Below are positions 9,872 through 19,718 of a stretch of DNA of 64,000 nt, one piece after another. Source of the DNA: an uncultured Pelagibacteraceae bacterium. Its GTDB lineage: Bacteria > Pseudomonadota > Alphaproteobacteria > Pelagibacterales > Pelagibacteraceae. Made by a program: the position numbers and the translations under genes. The notes under the pieces were generated by a model that saw nothing but the letters and a program-made list of their open reading frames with translations, did no database searches and was not told the DNA's origin. How positions within the stretch are numbered: position 1 is the first letter of the stretch; each line of letters begins with the position of its first letter. The stretch lies in the NCBI GenBank assembly GCA_902519625.1, contig CABYKS010000001.1, forward strand, positions 281-64,280. The letters are read 5' to 3'.

Positions 9872-10933
9872 TTAGCTACCTTTCCAAGCACCAAATCTTT
9901 CGTGAACTTCAGCACCGTTATCAGCCCACCAAACTGGGTCTCCTATTACAGCTCTTTTTAGAACTTTTGGAGTAGTTGGCATGTGAGGTAAAATGTCAAT
10001 ATTACCACTTGATGTTATGAACCAAGGTTCACCTTTTTTGATAATACCGATACTAGATTTTCTCATAGGGCCGTATGGAATGTATTTAGCTTGTTCAGCA
10101 TTTGACTCTGCTGTTGAAGCATGCGCCATGAACTCAAGCGCTTCTTTTTCATTTCCACCTTTGATAGCTACAAGATATTCTTGTTCAAGAACTGTAGCGT
10201 CCCAAATGTATTCGAAGTTTTTACCTTCTGAAAGGATAGCAGCACCAATTCTACCGTTGTAAGCTAATGCCATAACAACTTCACCGCTTGATACTAACTC
10301 AAGTGGCTTAGAACCTGCAGACCAAAATACAACATGATCTTTAATTGTATCTAATTTTGCAAATGCTCTGTCTATTCCTTCAGGAGTACTCATTACTTCG
10401 TATACTTTACTTGCTTTAACACCATCAGCAACTAGTGCCATTTCGATTAAAGCGTTTGCCCAAGTATGTATTCCTCTTTTTCCAGGAAACTTTTTAACAT
10501 CAAAGAAATCTTTAATGTTTTTTGGTTTTTTTCCTGGGAACGCTGCTTTGTCATAAAATGCAGTGTAAGCCCAAAAGATTTGTGGAACAACACAGTCAGA
10601 AACTGGTGGTACAACCATATCGTTTATAAACTCACTTTGGTCTACTTTAACAAATAAACCTTCGTCGCATCCTGTGATCGCTTGGTCTGGAAGTACGTCT
10701 ACTACATCCCAAGTTACATTTCCTGCTTCCACTTGTGCTTTGATTTCTCCAAGACCACCGTTGTAGTTTTCAACAGTAATTGAAGAACCTTTGCTATAAG
10801 TGTCTATGTAAGCTTTTTGTTGGCTGGCTGTGTAAGCACCACCCCAAGAAACGAAAGTTATATCTGCTATTGCAGATCCAACAAACGCCATTGAGATTAA
10901 ACCAAAAAAAGCTGCTTTGATTGCTTTTCTCAT
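9872..10933 (-). CDS. potD: PotD-family ABC substrate-binding protein (polyamine/osmolyte)
   Basis: Signal peptide, VSWGGAY, KAQVEAGNVTWDVVD and YNGR. Confidence 0.8.
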   Translation of the reverse strand: MRKAIKAAFFGLISMAFVGSAIADITFVSWGGAYTASQQKAYIDTYSKGSSITVENYNGGLGEIKAQVEAGNVTWDVVDVLPDQAITGCDEGLFVKVDQSEFINDMVVPPVSDCVVPQIFWAYTAFYDKAAFPGKKPKNIKDFFDVKKFPGKRGIHTWANALIEMALVADGVKASKVYEVMSTPEGIDRAFAKLDTIKDHVVFWSAGSKPLELVSSGEVVMALAYNGRIGAAILSEGKNFEYIWDATVLEQEYLVAIKGGNEKEALEFMAHASTAESNAEQAKYIPYGPMRKSSIGIIKKGEPWFITSSGNIDILPHMPTTPKVLKRAVIGDPVWWADNGAEVHERFGAWKGS

Positions 10934-11044
10934 TTATTTTCCCCTTTAAATTAAATTTAATTTAAGTTTTAAAGGCGAAAGTAAAACATAATTACTTAGA
11001 GACTGCAAAACGTTTTTTGATAGATTTTTCCTAAATTTATTAGC

Positions 11045-12139
11045 TTAATTAAGGTCTAGAGCCCTGGAATCTGATGCCTTCCATGACAGTTTGACTGTCG
11101 AGCCTTCTTTTAAATTTGCTTCCTTATAAGAATTTGGAATTTTAACTATAAATTGATCATTTCCACAAACTTCTACTCGAGATCTTATGTGGTCTCCTAA
11201 ATAAATTAATTCTTTTACTTTTGCATCAAAATTATTTTCAAAATTCTCAGATGAGTTTATAGCAACTCTCTCAGGTCTTAATGAAACTAAAGAACCATCA
11301 CCGTTATTATTCACATTTATTTTTAAAGCATGAATATCATCTCCAGATTCTGTAGTAACGATACAATTTTCTCCGTTAATTGATTTAACTTTCCCTTTTA
11401 GTTGATTATTCTCTCCAATAAATTGTGCAACAAAAGAACTATTTGGTTTTTCATACAAAATATCCGGAGAAGAAATTTGCTGAATTTTTCCATCATTAAA
11501 TACTGCAATTCGATTTGACATTGTTAAAGCTTCACTTTGATCATGGGTTACATAAACTACTGTTATTCCAATTTTTTCATGAATATGTTTTATTTCATAC
11601 TGCATTTGCTCCCTTAAATTTTTATCAAGTGCACCAAGTGGCTCGTCCATTAAAACTAATCTTGGTTCAAAAACTAAAGATCTTGCTAATGCGACACGTT
11701 GTTGTTGTCCTCCAGATAATTGTAAAGGCATTCGATTTCCAAAATCTTGTAATTCAACCATTGCAAGTGCGTTTCCAACTTTTTCATCGATTTCAGATTT
11801 TTGCATCTTTCTAACTTCAAGTGGAAATGCTAAGTTTTCTTTTACAGTCATGTGAGGAAATAAAGCGTAATTTTGAAAGACCATGCCTATTCCTCTTTTG
11901 TTAGGTGGAATACTACTTATTGGATTTCCATCCAAATAAATTTCTCCACTTGTTGGGGTTTCAAATCCAGCTAACATCATTAACACTGTTGTCTTACCTG
12001 ATCCAGATGGTCCTAACATAGTTAGAAACTCACCTTTTGGAACATCAAGATTTAAATCTTTAACTACCAGTATTTCACCATCGTAACTTTTATCTACCTT
12101 CTCGAATTTTACGAAACTATCTTTTTGAGACATGCGCAT
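11045..12139 (-). CDS. potA: PotA-type ABC ATP-binding protein
   Basis: [26 protein letters not shown] and a C-terminal TOBE domain. Confidence 0.88.
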   Translation of the reverse strand: MRMSQKDSFVKFEKVDKSYDGEILVVKDLNLDVPKGEFLTMLGPSGSGKTTVLMMLAGFETPTSGEIYLDGNPISSIPPNKRGIGMVFQNYALFPHMTVKENLAFPLEVRKMQKSEIDEKVGNALAMVELQDFGNRMPLQLSGGQQQRVALARSLVFEPRLVLMDEPLGALDKNLREQMQYEIKHIHEKIGITVVYVTHDQSEALTMSNRIAVFNDGKIQQISSPDILYEKPNSSFVAQFIGENNQLKGKVKSINGENCIVTTESGDDIHALKINVNNNGDGSLVSLRPERVAINSSENFENNFDAKVKELIYLGDHIRSRVEVCGNDQFIVKIPNSYKEANLKEGSTVKLSWKASDSRALDLN

Positions 12140-12212
12140 TTAAAACATTAGATAAAGATTAATTCAAGGATTAATTAATTATGACATCTTATAGTTGTTT
12201 TTACTATATTTT

Positions 12213-12773
12213 TCATATTGACTCTTCTTTAATTAATTTTTTTATACGCGGAATCATAACCTTTGGTGCTTCCATTGATGGATGTAATTTTTCTACTTCT
12301 TTATAACTTTCAATAGCTTTTTTATAATTTTTTAATTTAATTTGAACTAAACCTTGTCCAGATAATGCTCCAAAGTGTCTTTCTTCAAGTTTAAGTACTT
12401 CGTTTATATCGTTTTGAGACTGTTCATAGTTACCCATCATATAAAGAACAGTAGCACGTTTATTCCAGGCCTCAGCCCATTTAGGATCCTCTAAAATTAT
12501 CTGTGAAAAAAGTCCATAAGCTTTATTTAATTTTCTCTGGTTAATTAATATGGAACCTTGGGCTAGCAATTCAGTTAATCTATATCCTCTTCTATCTTCG
12601 GATGGATGTGTTATCCAAATTTTCCATATTTTATTTTCTATTTCTATAGCCTTTGTATTTTCGCTATTTTTAAGCAATTTAAATAAATTGTCTAATTCGT
12701 TGACTCTATTTTCTGCGCTGACATTGTTAAATATTAACAAACTTAGGATAATTAATTTTACTAATTTTTTCAT
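12213..12773 (-). CDS. Secreted tetratricopeptide-repeat protein
   Basis: Signal peptide; WAEAWNKRAT and RHFGALSGQG TPR motifs. Confidence 0.8.
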   Translation of the reverse strand: MKKLVKLIILSLLIFNNVSAENRVNELDNLFKLLKNSENTKAIEIENKIWKIWITHPSEDRRGYRLTELLAQGSILINQRKLNKAYGLFSQIILEDPKWAEAWNKRATVLYMMGNYEQSQNDINEVLKLEERHFGALSGQGLVQIKLKNYKKAIESYKEVEKLHPSMEAPKVMIPRIKKLIKEESI

Positions 12774-12781
12774 AAATTTTA

Positions 12782-13408
12782 TTAAACTTTTTCTAAATAG
12801 TTTTTAAGAACTCTGCTTCTAATATCAATTCTGAAAGAGTCAAATTGATTAATATCTTTTATAGGTGAATCAATTTGATTTGTTGCTTTATCCATATCGT
12901 AACATGATAAAATTATTTTTCCTCTATCATTAAAATCAAACGAAATACTAGTTGCTGTACTTTTTCCAGATTGATTTGCCTCTTGAAAAACTTTTCTTGA
13001 ATTATATTCAACCTTGTATAATTTTTTTTTACTTCGCTTAGTATTTTTAAATAATCTAGATATATTTAATGCTGCAGAATCTAGTTCCTTATTGCATTCA
13101 GCCTCATCATATTTTTTTTTTACTACTATTCCAACTAATCCTTCGATTGTAAAATTATCATCATCACTTTTATAGCTAATTTTAAACCAGTCATAAATAC
13201 CTTTCCCCGATACAAGTGAAGTTGCAAACTCCTTATAACTATAATTAAACCAATCTAGCTCGCCATTCTCTAGTTCGGTCTCATTAAAATAATCCAAAGC
13301 ACTATCTCCAATACTTATGCTTTCAATCTTAAAATCTTTAATATTATCTGAATAAGCGTTTGTACTTAACAAAAAAACTAGAAACACGATCCCGAAAATT
13401 TTTTTCAT
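12782..13408 (-). CDS. Secreted hypothetical protein (SAR11-type paralog family)
   Basis: Signal peptide followed by 'DNIKDFKIESISIGDSALDYF'. Confidence 0.65.
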   Translation of the reverse strand: MKKIFGIVFLVFLLSTNAYSDNIKDFKIESISIGDSALDYFNETELENGELDWFNYSYKEFATSLVSGKGIYDWFKISYKSDDDNFTIEGLVGIVVKKKYDEAECNKELDSAALNISRLFKNTKRSKKKLYKVEYNSRKVFQEANQSGKSTATSISFDFNDRGKIILSCYDMDKATNQIDSPIKDINQFDSFRIDIRSRVLKNYLEKV

Positions 13409-14577
13409 TACCCTTTGATATGTAGCTCACCAGGAAATTTATAAAAATTCTCAGCTCCATTTTCTGAAACTCTAATTGACTCACTGCTTTCAACGCCCCA
13501 TTCTCCAAACTGCATTACTGCAATCATATGAAAACAAACGTTTTTTTGTAAAACAGTTTTGTCTCCCTTTTGAATGTTAAGTGTATGCTCACCCCAATCT
13601 GGTGGATAGCCTATTCCTATTGAATAACCTGTTCTAGATTTTTTTTCAATTCCATATTTATCCAAAACTTTCCAAAATGCTTGGGCTACGTCGTCTGCAG
13701 TATTTCCAGGTTTTGTCACATCAATACCTGCTTGCAGTGCTTCTCTTGTTCTTTTCATTGTATCTATTTTTTTTTGATCAGGTTTTCCTAACAATACTGT
13801 TCTTGCCATGGGACAATGATATTTTTTATATACTCCAGATATTTCAATTATTGATGCTTCTCCTTCAACAAATTTATCATCTGTCCAAGATAAGTGAGAG
13901 GCAGATGTTCCTTTGCCTGTTGGTATCAATGGTACAATTGACGAATAATCTCCACCATGTTCTTTGGTTCCGCTTATTAATGTTGAATATATTTTTGCAA
14001 CGGCATCACATTGTCTAACTCCAGGGTTAATTGCTTCAAATGCGGTTTTCATTCCTAGTTGAGTAATTTGAGATGCTATTTTCATATACTTAATCTCTTC
14101 ATCAGATTTAACCAATCTGACCCAGTTAACTAATCTCTCGCAATCTTTTACTTTAGCATTGGGTAAACCATTTTTTAATTTTTCATGTGAATAAGCGGTA
14201 AAATAATGACTATCCATCTCTACGCCTATACTTAGGTTATCCCACTTTCTTTCTTTTATAATTTCTACTAATCTATCGTACGGATGTATTGGCCAAACAT
14301 GGATATATTTTTCATCATAAACAATAATATTTTCATTTTTTAAATAAGTTTTTATATAGGCTCCACCTGCATCTTGTGCTCTTACAAAACACAAAGGTTC
14401 TTCTGCATTAACATGAACTATTACGCACTGCGCATAATAAAATGACCAAGCATCGTATCCCGTAAGATAATTCATATTGTTAGTATCTTGAGAAATTAAC
14501 AGTTCAATGCCTTTTTCTTGCATTGATTTTTGAACTTTTTTAAGTCTTTCTTTATATTCTTCTTTTGTAAATAACAT
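13408..14577 (-). CDS. doeA: Ectoine hydrolase EutD/DoeA-like (M24 peptidase fold)
   Basis: YLTGYDAWSFY, EISGVYKKYHCPMART and RTGYSIGIGYPPDWGE closely parallel EutD/DoeA motifs. Confidence 0.75.
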   Translation of the reverse strand: MLFTKEEYKERLKKVQKSMQEKGIELLISQDTNNMNYLTGYDAWSFYYAQCVIVHVNAEEPLCFVRAQDAGGAYIKTYLKNENIIVYDEKYIHVWPIHPYDRLVEIIKERKWDNLSIGVEMDSHYFTAYSHEKLKNGLPNAKVKDCERLVNWVRLVKSDEEIKYMKIASQITQLGMKTAFEAINPGVRQCDAVAKIYSTLISGTKEHGGDYSSIVPLIPTGKGTSASHLSWTDDKFVEGEASIIEISGVYKKYHCPMARTVLLGKPDQKKIDTMKRTREALQAGIDVTKPGNTADDVAQAFWKVLDKYGIEKKSRTGYSIGIGYPPDWGEHTLNIQKGDKTVLQKNVCFHMIAVMQFGEWGVESSESIRVSENGAENFYKFPGELHIKG

Positions 14578-14579
14578 TT

Positions 14580-15326
14580 CTAATTATTTGAAAATAATTT
14601 TCCAAAGCCATTTATTGAATTATTTTCACCTATTTTCTCTAAAGTATCCCATATTAATGTTTGATTACTTGATAAAACAATTTTGCCCAATTTTTTTTCA
14701 AGTTTATCTATTATGGACAAAGCTGGCAAAGCTGTACACGAAATAAATAATGCATCTGCTCCTTTTAAATCCATTTTTGACAAAACATCATATAAATAAT
14801 TAGCATCTACTTTGCCAATATCAATGTCAGAAGCAATATCAAAATAAGAGTTTGATGTAATTTGAAAATTTTCATTTTCAAAAAAATCTATCACTTCGTC
14901 ATTTAATTTTTTAGGATAGGGAGTAAAAATTGCAATTTTATTTAGATTTAACTTTTTAAGAGCTTTAATAGATGATGTGCTTGGAGTTGTAACTTCAGCT
15001 TCAGGTTTTGCTTTCTTTATTTTTTTCTCTATAGATTGATAACCAGCAGCAATGGTTCCCGAGGTACAGCCATAAACTACACAATCAATTTTTTCATTTG
15101 GCAGAATATCTTTTGTAACTTCTGTAATTTTTTCAGACATTTTTATTAAATTCTCACTGGTTAAAGGATTAAAACATTCAATTCTATTAACAAAAAAGTC
15201 TATTTTTTTATCTTTAATTACATTAATAAAGTCTTTTTCAATCATGTAATCACTTGCAAGTGCAATTAACCCAATTTTCGGATTTTGATACTTGTTGTAT
15301 TTTGGATCTATTTTTATTGAATACAT
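14580..15326 (-). CDS. eutA: EutA-like Asp/Glu racemase / maleate isomerase family protein
   Basis: Two-cysteine active site (YGCTSG and FISCTAL), FTPY and SSNQ. Start adjusted to MYSIK. Confidence 0.7.
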   Translation of the reverse strand: MYSIKIDPKYNKYQNPKIGLIALASDYMIEKDFINVIKDKKIDFFVNRIECFNPLTSENLIKMSEKITEVTKDILPNEKIDCVVYGCTSGTIAAGYQSIEKKIKKAKPEAEVTTPSTSSIKALKKLNLNKIAIFTPYPKKLNDEVIDFFENENFQITSNSYFDIASDIDIGKVDANYLYDVLSKMDLKGADALFISCTALPALSIIDKLEKKLGKIVLSSNQTLIWDTLEKIGENNSINGFGKLFSNN

Positions 15327-15383
15327 TTTCAAAAAAAAATATATCATAAAGCATTTAATATTCACTATAATTAAAAGGTTGTT

Positions 15384-16325
15384 ATGAAAATAGGATTTAT
15401 AGGACTTGGAAATGTTGGGGGTAAATTAGCGAACAGCTTGTTAAGAAATAAATTCGATTTAACAGTACGAGACGTAGAAAAAAACCTAACAAATGATTTT
15501 AAAAGTAAAGGAGCAAAAGTTTCTAACAGTGCTAAAGAGTTAGCTGAACAAACAGATTTAATTATTACCTGTCTTCCTTCTCCTGAAATATGCGCAGAAG
15601 TTATGGAATCTGATGAAGGAGTTATTAATGGACTTTCAAAAAATAAAATATGGTTAGAAATGAGCACAACAGATGAGTCTGAGGTTAAGAGATTGGGTAA
15701 ACTTGTTATGGATAAAAAAGCTATTCCAATGGATGGTCCTGTTAGTGGTGGATGTCATAGAGCTACAACTGGAAATATTGCTATTTTTGTTGGTGGTGAA
15801 AGAAATAGTTTTGAAAAAATATTGCCAGTTTTGAGCATTATGGGAAGAAAAATTTTACATACAGGAGAGCTCGGAACTGCATCTGTTTTAAAAGTGATTA
15901 CTAATTATTTGGCCTCTGTTCATTTAGCGGCACTAGGAGAAGCATGGACTGTTGCAAAAAAATCTAATCTAGATCTTAACAAAACCTATAAAGGAATAGC
16001 TGCTTCATCTGGAAATTCTTTTGTACATGAAACTGAAAGTCAGGTAATTTTAAATGGTTCATATAACATTAATTTTACTATGGACTTAGTAAAAAAAGAC
16101 ATGAATCTTTTTGATCAGCTTTCAAAAAAACTAAATACAGAATTAGAAATATCACCATTTGTATTAAATATATTTAAAGAAGCTGAAAAAAAGTTTGGAT
16201 CAAGAGCCTGGTCATCTATGGTGGTAAAAAGACTTGAAGAAAAGTATAATATAAACTTTAGAGCCTTAGGTTATCCGGAGGAATTAGTTGATAATGAGCC
16301 TGAAGAAAAAGGATATGAGATATAA
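15384..16325 (+). CDS. NAD(P)-dependent beta-hydroxyacid dehydrogenase (3-hydroxyisobutyrate DH family)
   Basis: GFIGLGNVG, DGPVSGG and catalytic K..N (LKVITN). Confidence 0.85.
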   Translation: MKIGFIGLGNVGGKLANSLLRNKFDLTVRDVEKNLTNDFKSKGAKVSNSAKELAEQTDLIITCLPSPEICAEVMESDEGVINGLSKNKIWLEMSTTDESEVKRLGKLVMDKKAIPMDGPVSGGCHRATTGNIAIFVGGERNSFEKILPVLSIMGRKILHTGELGTASVLKVITNYLASVHLAALGEAWTVAKKSNLDLNKTYKGIAASSGNSFVHETESQVILNGSYNINFTMDLVKKDMNLFDQLSKKLNTELEISPFVLNIFKEAEKKFGSRAWSSMVVKRLEEKYNINFRALGYPEELVDNEPEEKGYEI

Positions 16326-16327
16326 AA

Positions 16328-17758
16328 ATGTTAGATAAAAGAAAATTTTATATTAACGGTGAATGGATAGAGCCTTCAAAAAAAAATGATTTTGAAGTAA
16401 TTAATCCATCAAATGAAGAAACATTCGCTGTAATATCTCTAGGGACTAAAGCTGATGTTGATTTGGCTGTCAAAGTCTCAAAAGAGGCTTTTGAATCTTG
16501 GAAAGAAACTACAAAAGAAGAAAGAATTAAATTATTAGAAAATTTATTATCAGTTTATAAAAAAAGATTTAGTGAAATGACTGAAGCAATTTCTAAAGAA
16601 ATGGGAGCTCCGATGGATTGGTCTTCTAATGTTCAAAATGCATCTGGTCAAGCACACTTGGAAGATTTTATTATAAGGCTTAAAAATTTTAAATTTGATG
16701 AACAATTTGACTCAAAATCAAATAATCAAATATTTTATGAACCAATCGGAGTTTGTGGATTAATTACTCCTTGGAACTGGCCAATAAACCAAATTGCACT
16801 TAAAGTAATACCTGCTTTAGCAACTGGCTGCACAATGATACTTAAACCCTCAGAAATAGCTCCCGTATCAGCAATGTTATTTGCTGAAATGATTCATGAA
16901 GCTGGTTTTCCACCTGGAGTTTTTAATCTAGTAAATGGAGATGGAGCTGGAGTTGGAACATATATATCTGGTCATCCTGATATTGATATGGTTTCTTTTA
17001 CTGGATCAACAAGAGCAGGGAAACTAATTACAAAAAATGCGGCTGAAACAATTAAGAGAGTTTGTTTAGAACTAGGTGGTAAAGGTGGAAATATTGTATT
17101 TGCAGACTCGTACCCTAATGCTGTTAGAGATGGGATTAAAAATGTAATGAGCAATTCCGGACAATCTTGTGATGCCCCAACAAGAATGCTTGTGGAAAAA
17201 TCTATATACGAAAGAGCTGTAAGTGAAGCAGTGGATGAAGCCAATAAAATTAAAGTAGATATAGCGTCAAAAAAAGGAGATCATATAGGTCCAGTAGTTT
17301 CAAAAGTTCAATACGATAAAATTATTAACTTAATAAAAGATGGAATTAATGAAGGTGCAACATTAGCTGCAGGAGGTCCTGAAATGCCTAATGGTTTAAA
17401 TAAAGGATATTTTATTAAACCAACCATATTTACTGATGTTACAAATGATATGCAGATAGCAAAAAAAGAAATTTTTGGACCAGTTCTTTCTATTATACCT
17501 TTTGAAACAGAAGAAGAAGCAATTAGCGTTACCAATGATACAGAATACGGCCTTGGAAATTACCTTCAAACTGAAGATAAAGAAAAGGCAAAAAGAGTAT
17601 CTAAAAAACTTAGATCTGGGATCGTTTATATTAATGGAAATTCTCCAGACTCTGGAACTCCTTTTGGTGGATATAAACAATCTGGAAATGGACGCGAAGG
17701 TGGTTCTTGGGGATTAGAAGAATATCTAGAGGTAAAAACAATTACCGGCTGGAAATAA
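16328..17758 (+). CDS. Aldehyde dehydrogenase
   Basis: ITPWNWP, FTGSTRAG, LELGGK, catalytic GQSC and EIFGPV. Confidence 0.92.
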   Translation: MLDKRKFYINGEWIEPSKKNDFEVINPSNEETFAVISLGTKADVDLAVKVSKEAFESWKETTKEERIKLLENLLSVYKKRFSEMTEAISKEMGAPMDWSSNVQNASGQAHLEDFIIRLKNFKFDEQFDSKSNNQIFYEPIGVCGLITPWNWPINQIALKVIPALATGCTMILKPSEIAPVSAMLFAEMIHEAGFPPGVFNLVNGDGAGVGTYISGHPDIDMVSFTGSTRAGKLITKNAAETIKRVCLELGGKGGNIVFADSYPNAVRDGIKNVMSNSGQSCDAPTRMLVEKSIYERAVSEAVDEANKIKVDIASKKGDHIGPVVSKVQYDKIINLIKDGINEGATLAAGGPEMPNGLNKGYFIKPTIFTDVTNDMQIAKKEIFGPVLSIIPFETEEEAISVTNDTEYGLGNYLQTEDKEKAKRVSKKLRSGIVYINGNSPDSGTPFGGYKQSGNGREGGSWGLEEYLEVKTITGWK

Positions 17759-17766
17759 AATTTTAA

Positions 17767-18414
17767 ATGACAGATCTGTTAATTCACAGAGGTATTGTAA
17801 ATAAAAATTATAAAGAAAACCTTCTTAAATCATTTAAGCAATCGTTTAAAAAAGGATATGGAATTGAAACTGACATTCATGCAACGAAAGATAATAAATT
17901 TATTTGCTTTCATGACTTTACTTTAAATAGAATTTTTAGAAAAAACGTTAGTGTAAAGAATTTAAATTATTCTAAAATTAAAGAGATAAGTTCTAAAAAT
18001 AAAAGGACAATTCCACTATTAAAAGATTTGCTAAAAACTTCAAAAAATAAGTACCTTTTATTTATTGAATTAAAACCAGCTTTCTCAAAAAAACTTTTAC
18101 AAAAATTATTGAAAGAAACATCAAATTATACAAAATGTGTATTTATTTCTTTCAAACATAAAAATATTTATAATTTACTTAAAATGAAAAGTAATACAAA
18201 GGTAGGTTTGTCTTTTTCAAATTCTACTAGTGCCAAAATGGTCATTAAAAAATCAAGCAACAGACAAATTGACTATTTAATTTTAGATAAGTCCTTTTTA
18301 AAAAATAAAAATATACAAAATTTAAAGATTAAAAAATACTACTATACGATCAAAACTAAATCAGAATTTAATAAATATAATAAAAAGAATAATTTAATAT
18401 TTGAAAATTTATAA
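17767..18414 (+). CDS. Glycerophosphodiester phosphodiesterase family protein
   Basis: HRG, EN, IETDI, CFHD and IELK motifs. Confidence 0.8.
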   Translation: MTDLLIHRGIVNKNYKENLLKSFKQSFKKGYGIETDIHATKDNKFICFHDFTLNRIFRKNVSVKNLNYSKIKEISSKNKRTIPLLKDLLKTSKNKYLLFIELKPAFSKKLLQKLLKETSNYTKCVFISFKHKNIYNLLKMKSNTKVGLSFSNSTSAKMVIKKSSNRQIDYLILDKSFLKNKNIQNLKIKKYYYTIKTKSEFNKYNKKNNLIFENL

Positions 18415-19542
18415 ATTATTTTTTAAATAACTTAATCTTCCTATAATTTCATCACGATCCATATAATAACCTTGAAGATGCCTATGACCTGAATTTGGAT
18501 CAAATTCTGTTCTACCGTGTAAAACTCTTCTATTATTAAATGAAAAAATATCGCCTGGCTCAAGCCTAAAATTTACTTGGAACTTATCATCGTGTAAAAG
18601 ATTTCCAAATCTGTGGTGAGCTTTGTAAACTTTATCCATAACATCTGGATGACAATCCAAGGCGTCCATGGTTGCTACACTAAATCTTATATCGTTATAA
18701 TCACCATCTTTAGTTAAGGAAATTGCTGGAGCATAAAAACTTCTGTGCGCTTCTTGCGTGTAATCTTTATCTTTAAATTTAAGAGGTATATTTACTAGTG
18801 TTTCAAATATTTCTTTTTCATTATTTCTTAAATAATCTGCTACTGCAAAAGCATCTATTGCTGAAGAATCTCCTCCTTTTGCAGAATTAATTAAACAATG
18901 AAGAAATTGATAGCCTGGGGGATTTTCAAACCAAGGTAAATCCATATGATTCCTTAAAGCGTGCGCTGTGTAAGCTGAGTTATTCGGTTTTGGAATATTT
19001 ACAACTTCAAAAGGAGTTTTAAAAAAAGTTTCTCTTGTATGGCTTATTCTGTTTAAAACTTTAAAAGCAGATTCTTTCTCTGTTGGAGCATTTTTAACAA
19101 TTGCAATTCCCTTGTAATGTAAAAGTTCTAACCATTTTATTAAACCTTCTTCAGAATTAATAATTTCGTCATGATCTATTCTAATAGACTCTAAATTTTT
19201 TTGTAAAGAACAGTTCCACAATTTATAAGGAGAGGTATATTTTTTATTATTGTTTATTGTATAACAATTTTTTCTTAACCATTCTTGATCATAATAACTT
19301 ACATGATTTCCTTCACTCCACTCGATTTCTAACTTTCCTTCATTATTAATTTTGCATGTTTTCGGTTCTATGCTTGTTGAAACTTCAAGTATATTAAACA
19401 TTCTGTGCCTTGAATCTTTATCATGAGCCGTTGGGCAGTTATCTCTTAACCACATAAAGTGAAAATTACTTTTCTCGCCATCACTCCATTCAACATTTAA
19501 TGCTGAACCATTTTTTGAAACTTTAGAAATTTCTATTGCCAT
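18409..19542 (-). CDS. Gamma-butyrobetaine/trimethyllysine dioxygenase-like TauD/TfdA enzyme (copy 1)
   Basis: N-terminal GBBH-like domain (WLRDNC), H-x-D (HMD), NNRRVLHGR and RHLQGYY. Confidence 0.85.
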   Translation of the reverse strand: MAIEISKVSKNGSALNVEWSDGEKSNFHFMWLRDNCPTAHDKDSRHRMFNILEVSTSIEPKTCKINNEGKLEIEWSEGNHVSYYDQEWLRKNCYTINNNKKYTSPYKLWNCSLQKNLESIRIDHDEIINSEEGLIKWLELLHYKGIAIVKNAPTEKESAFKVLNRISHTRETFFKTPFEVVNIPKPNNSAYTAHALRNHMDLPWFENPPGYQFLHCLINSAKGGDSSAIDAFAVADYLRNNEKEIFETLVNIPLKFKDKDYTQEAHRSFYAPAISLTKDGDYNDIRFSVATMDALDCHPDVMDKVYKAHHRFGNLLHDDKFQVNFRLEPGDIFSFNNRRVLHGRTEFDPNSGHRHLQGYYMDRDEIIGRLSYLKNNL

Positions 19543-19718
19543 AAATTAATTGTTATTTTATTTAAATTTGTTTTCAATTCAATTTATAATTGAATCTATA
19601 CAATATATAATGTTTTTTCCTTACTTTATTAACAACTATCAATCTCATTAATGGTTGTATTTTATTGCGTATCAAGTTTTAATACGGCCAGTTTAAACTA
19701 ATAATATGGAGGGAATTC

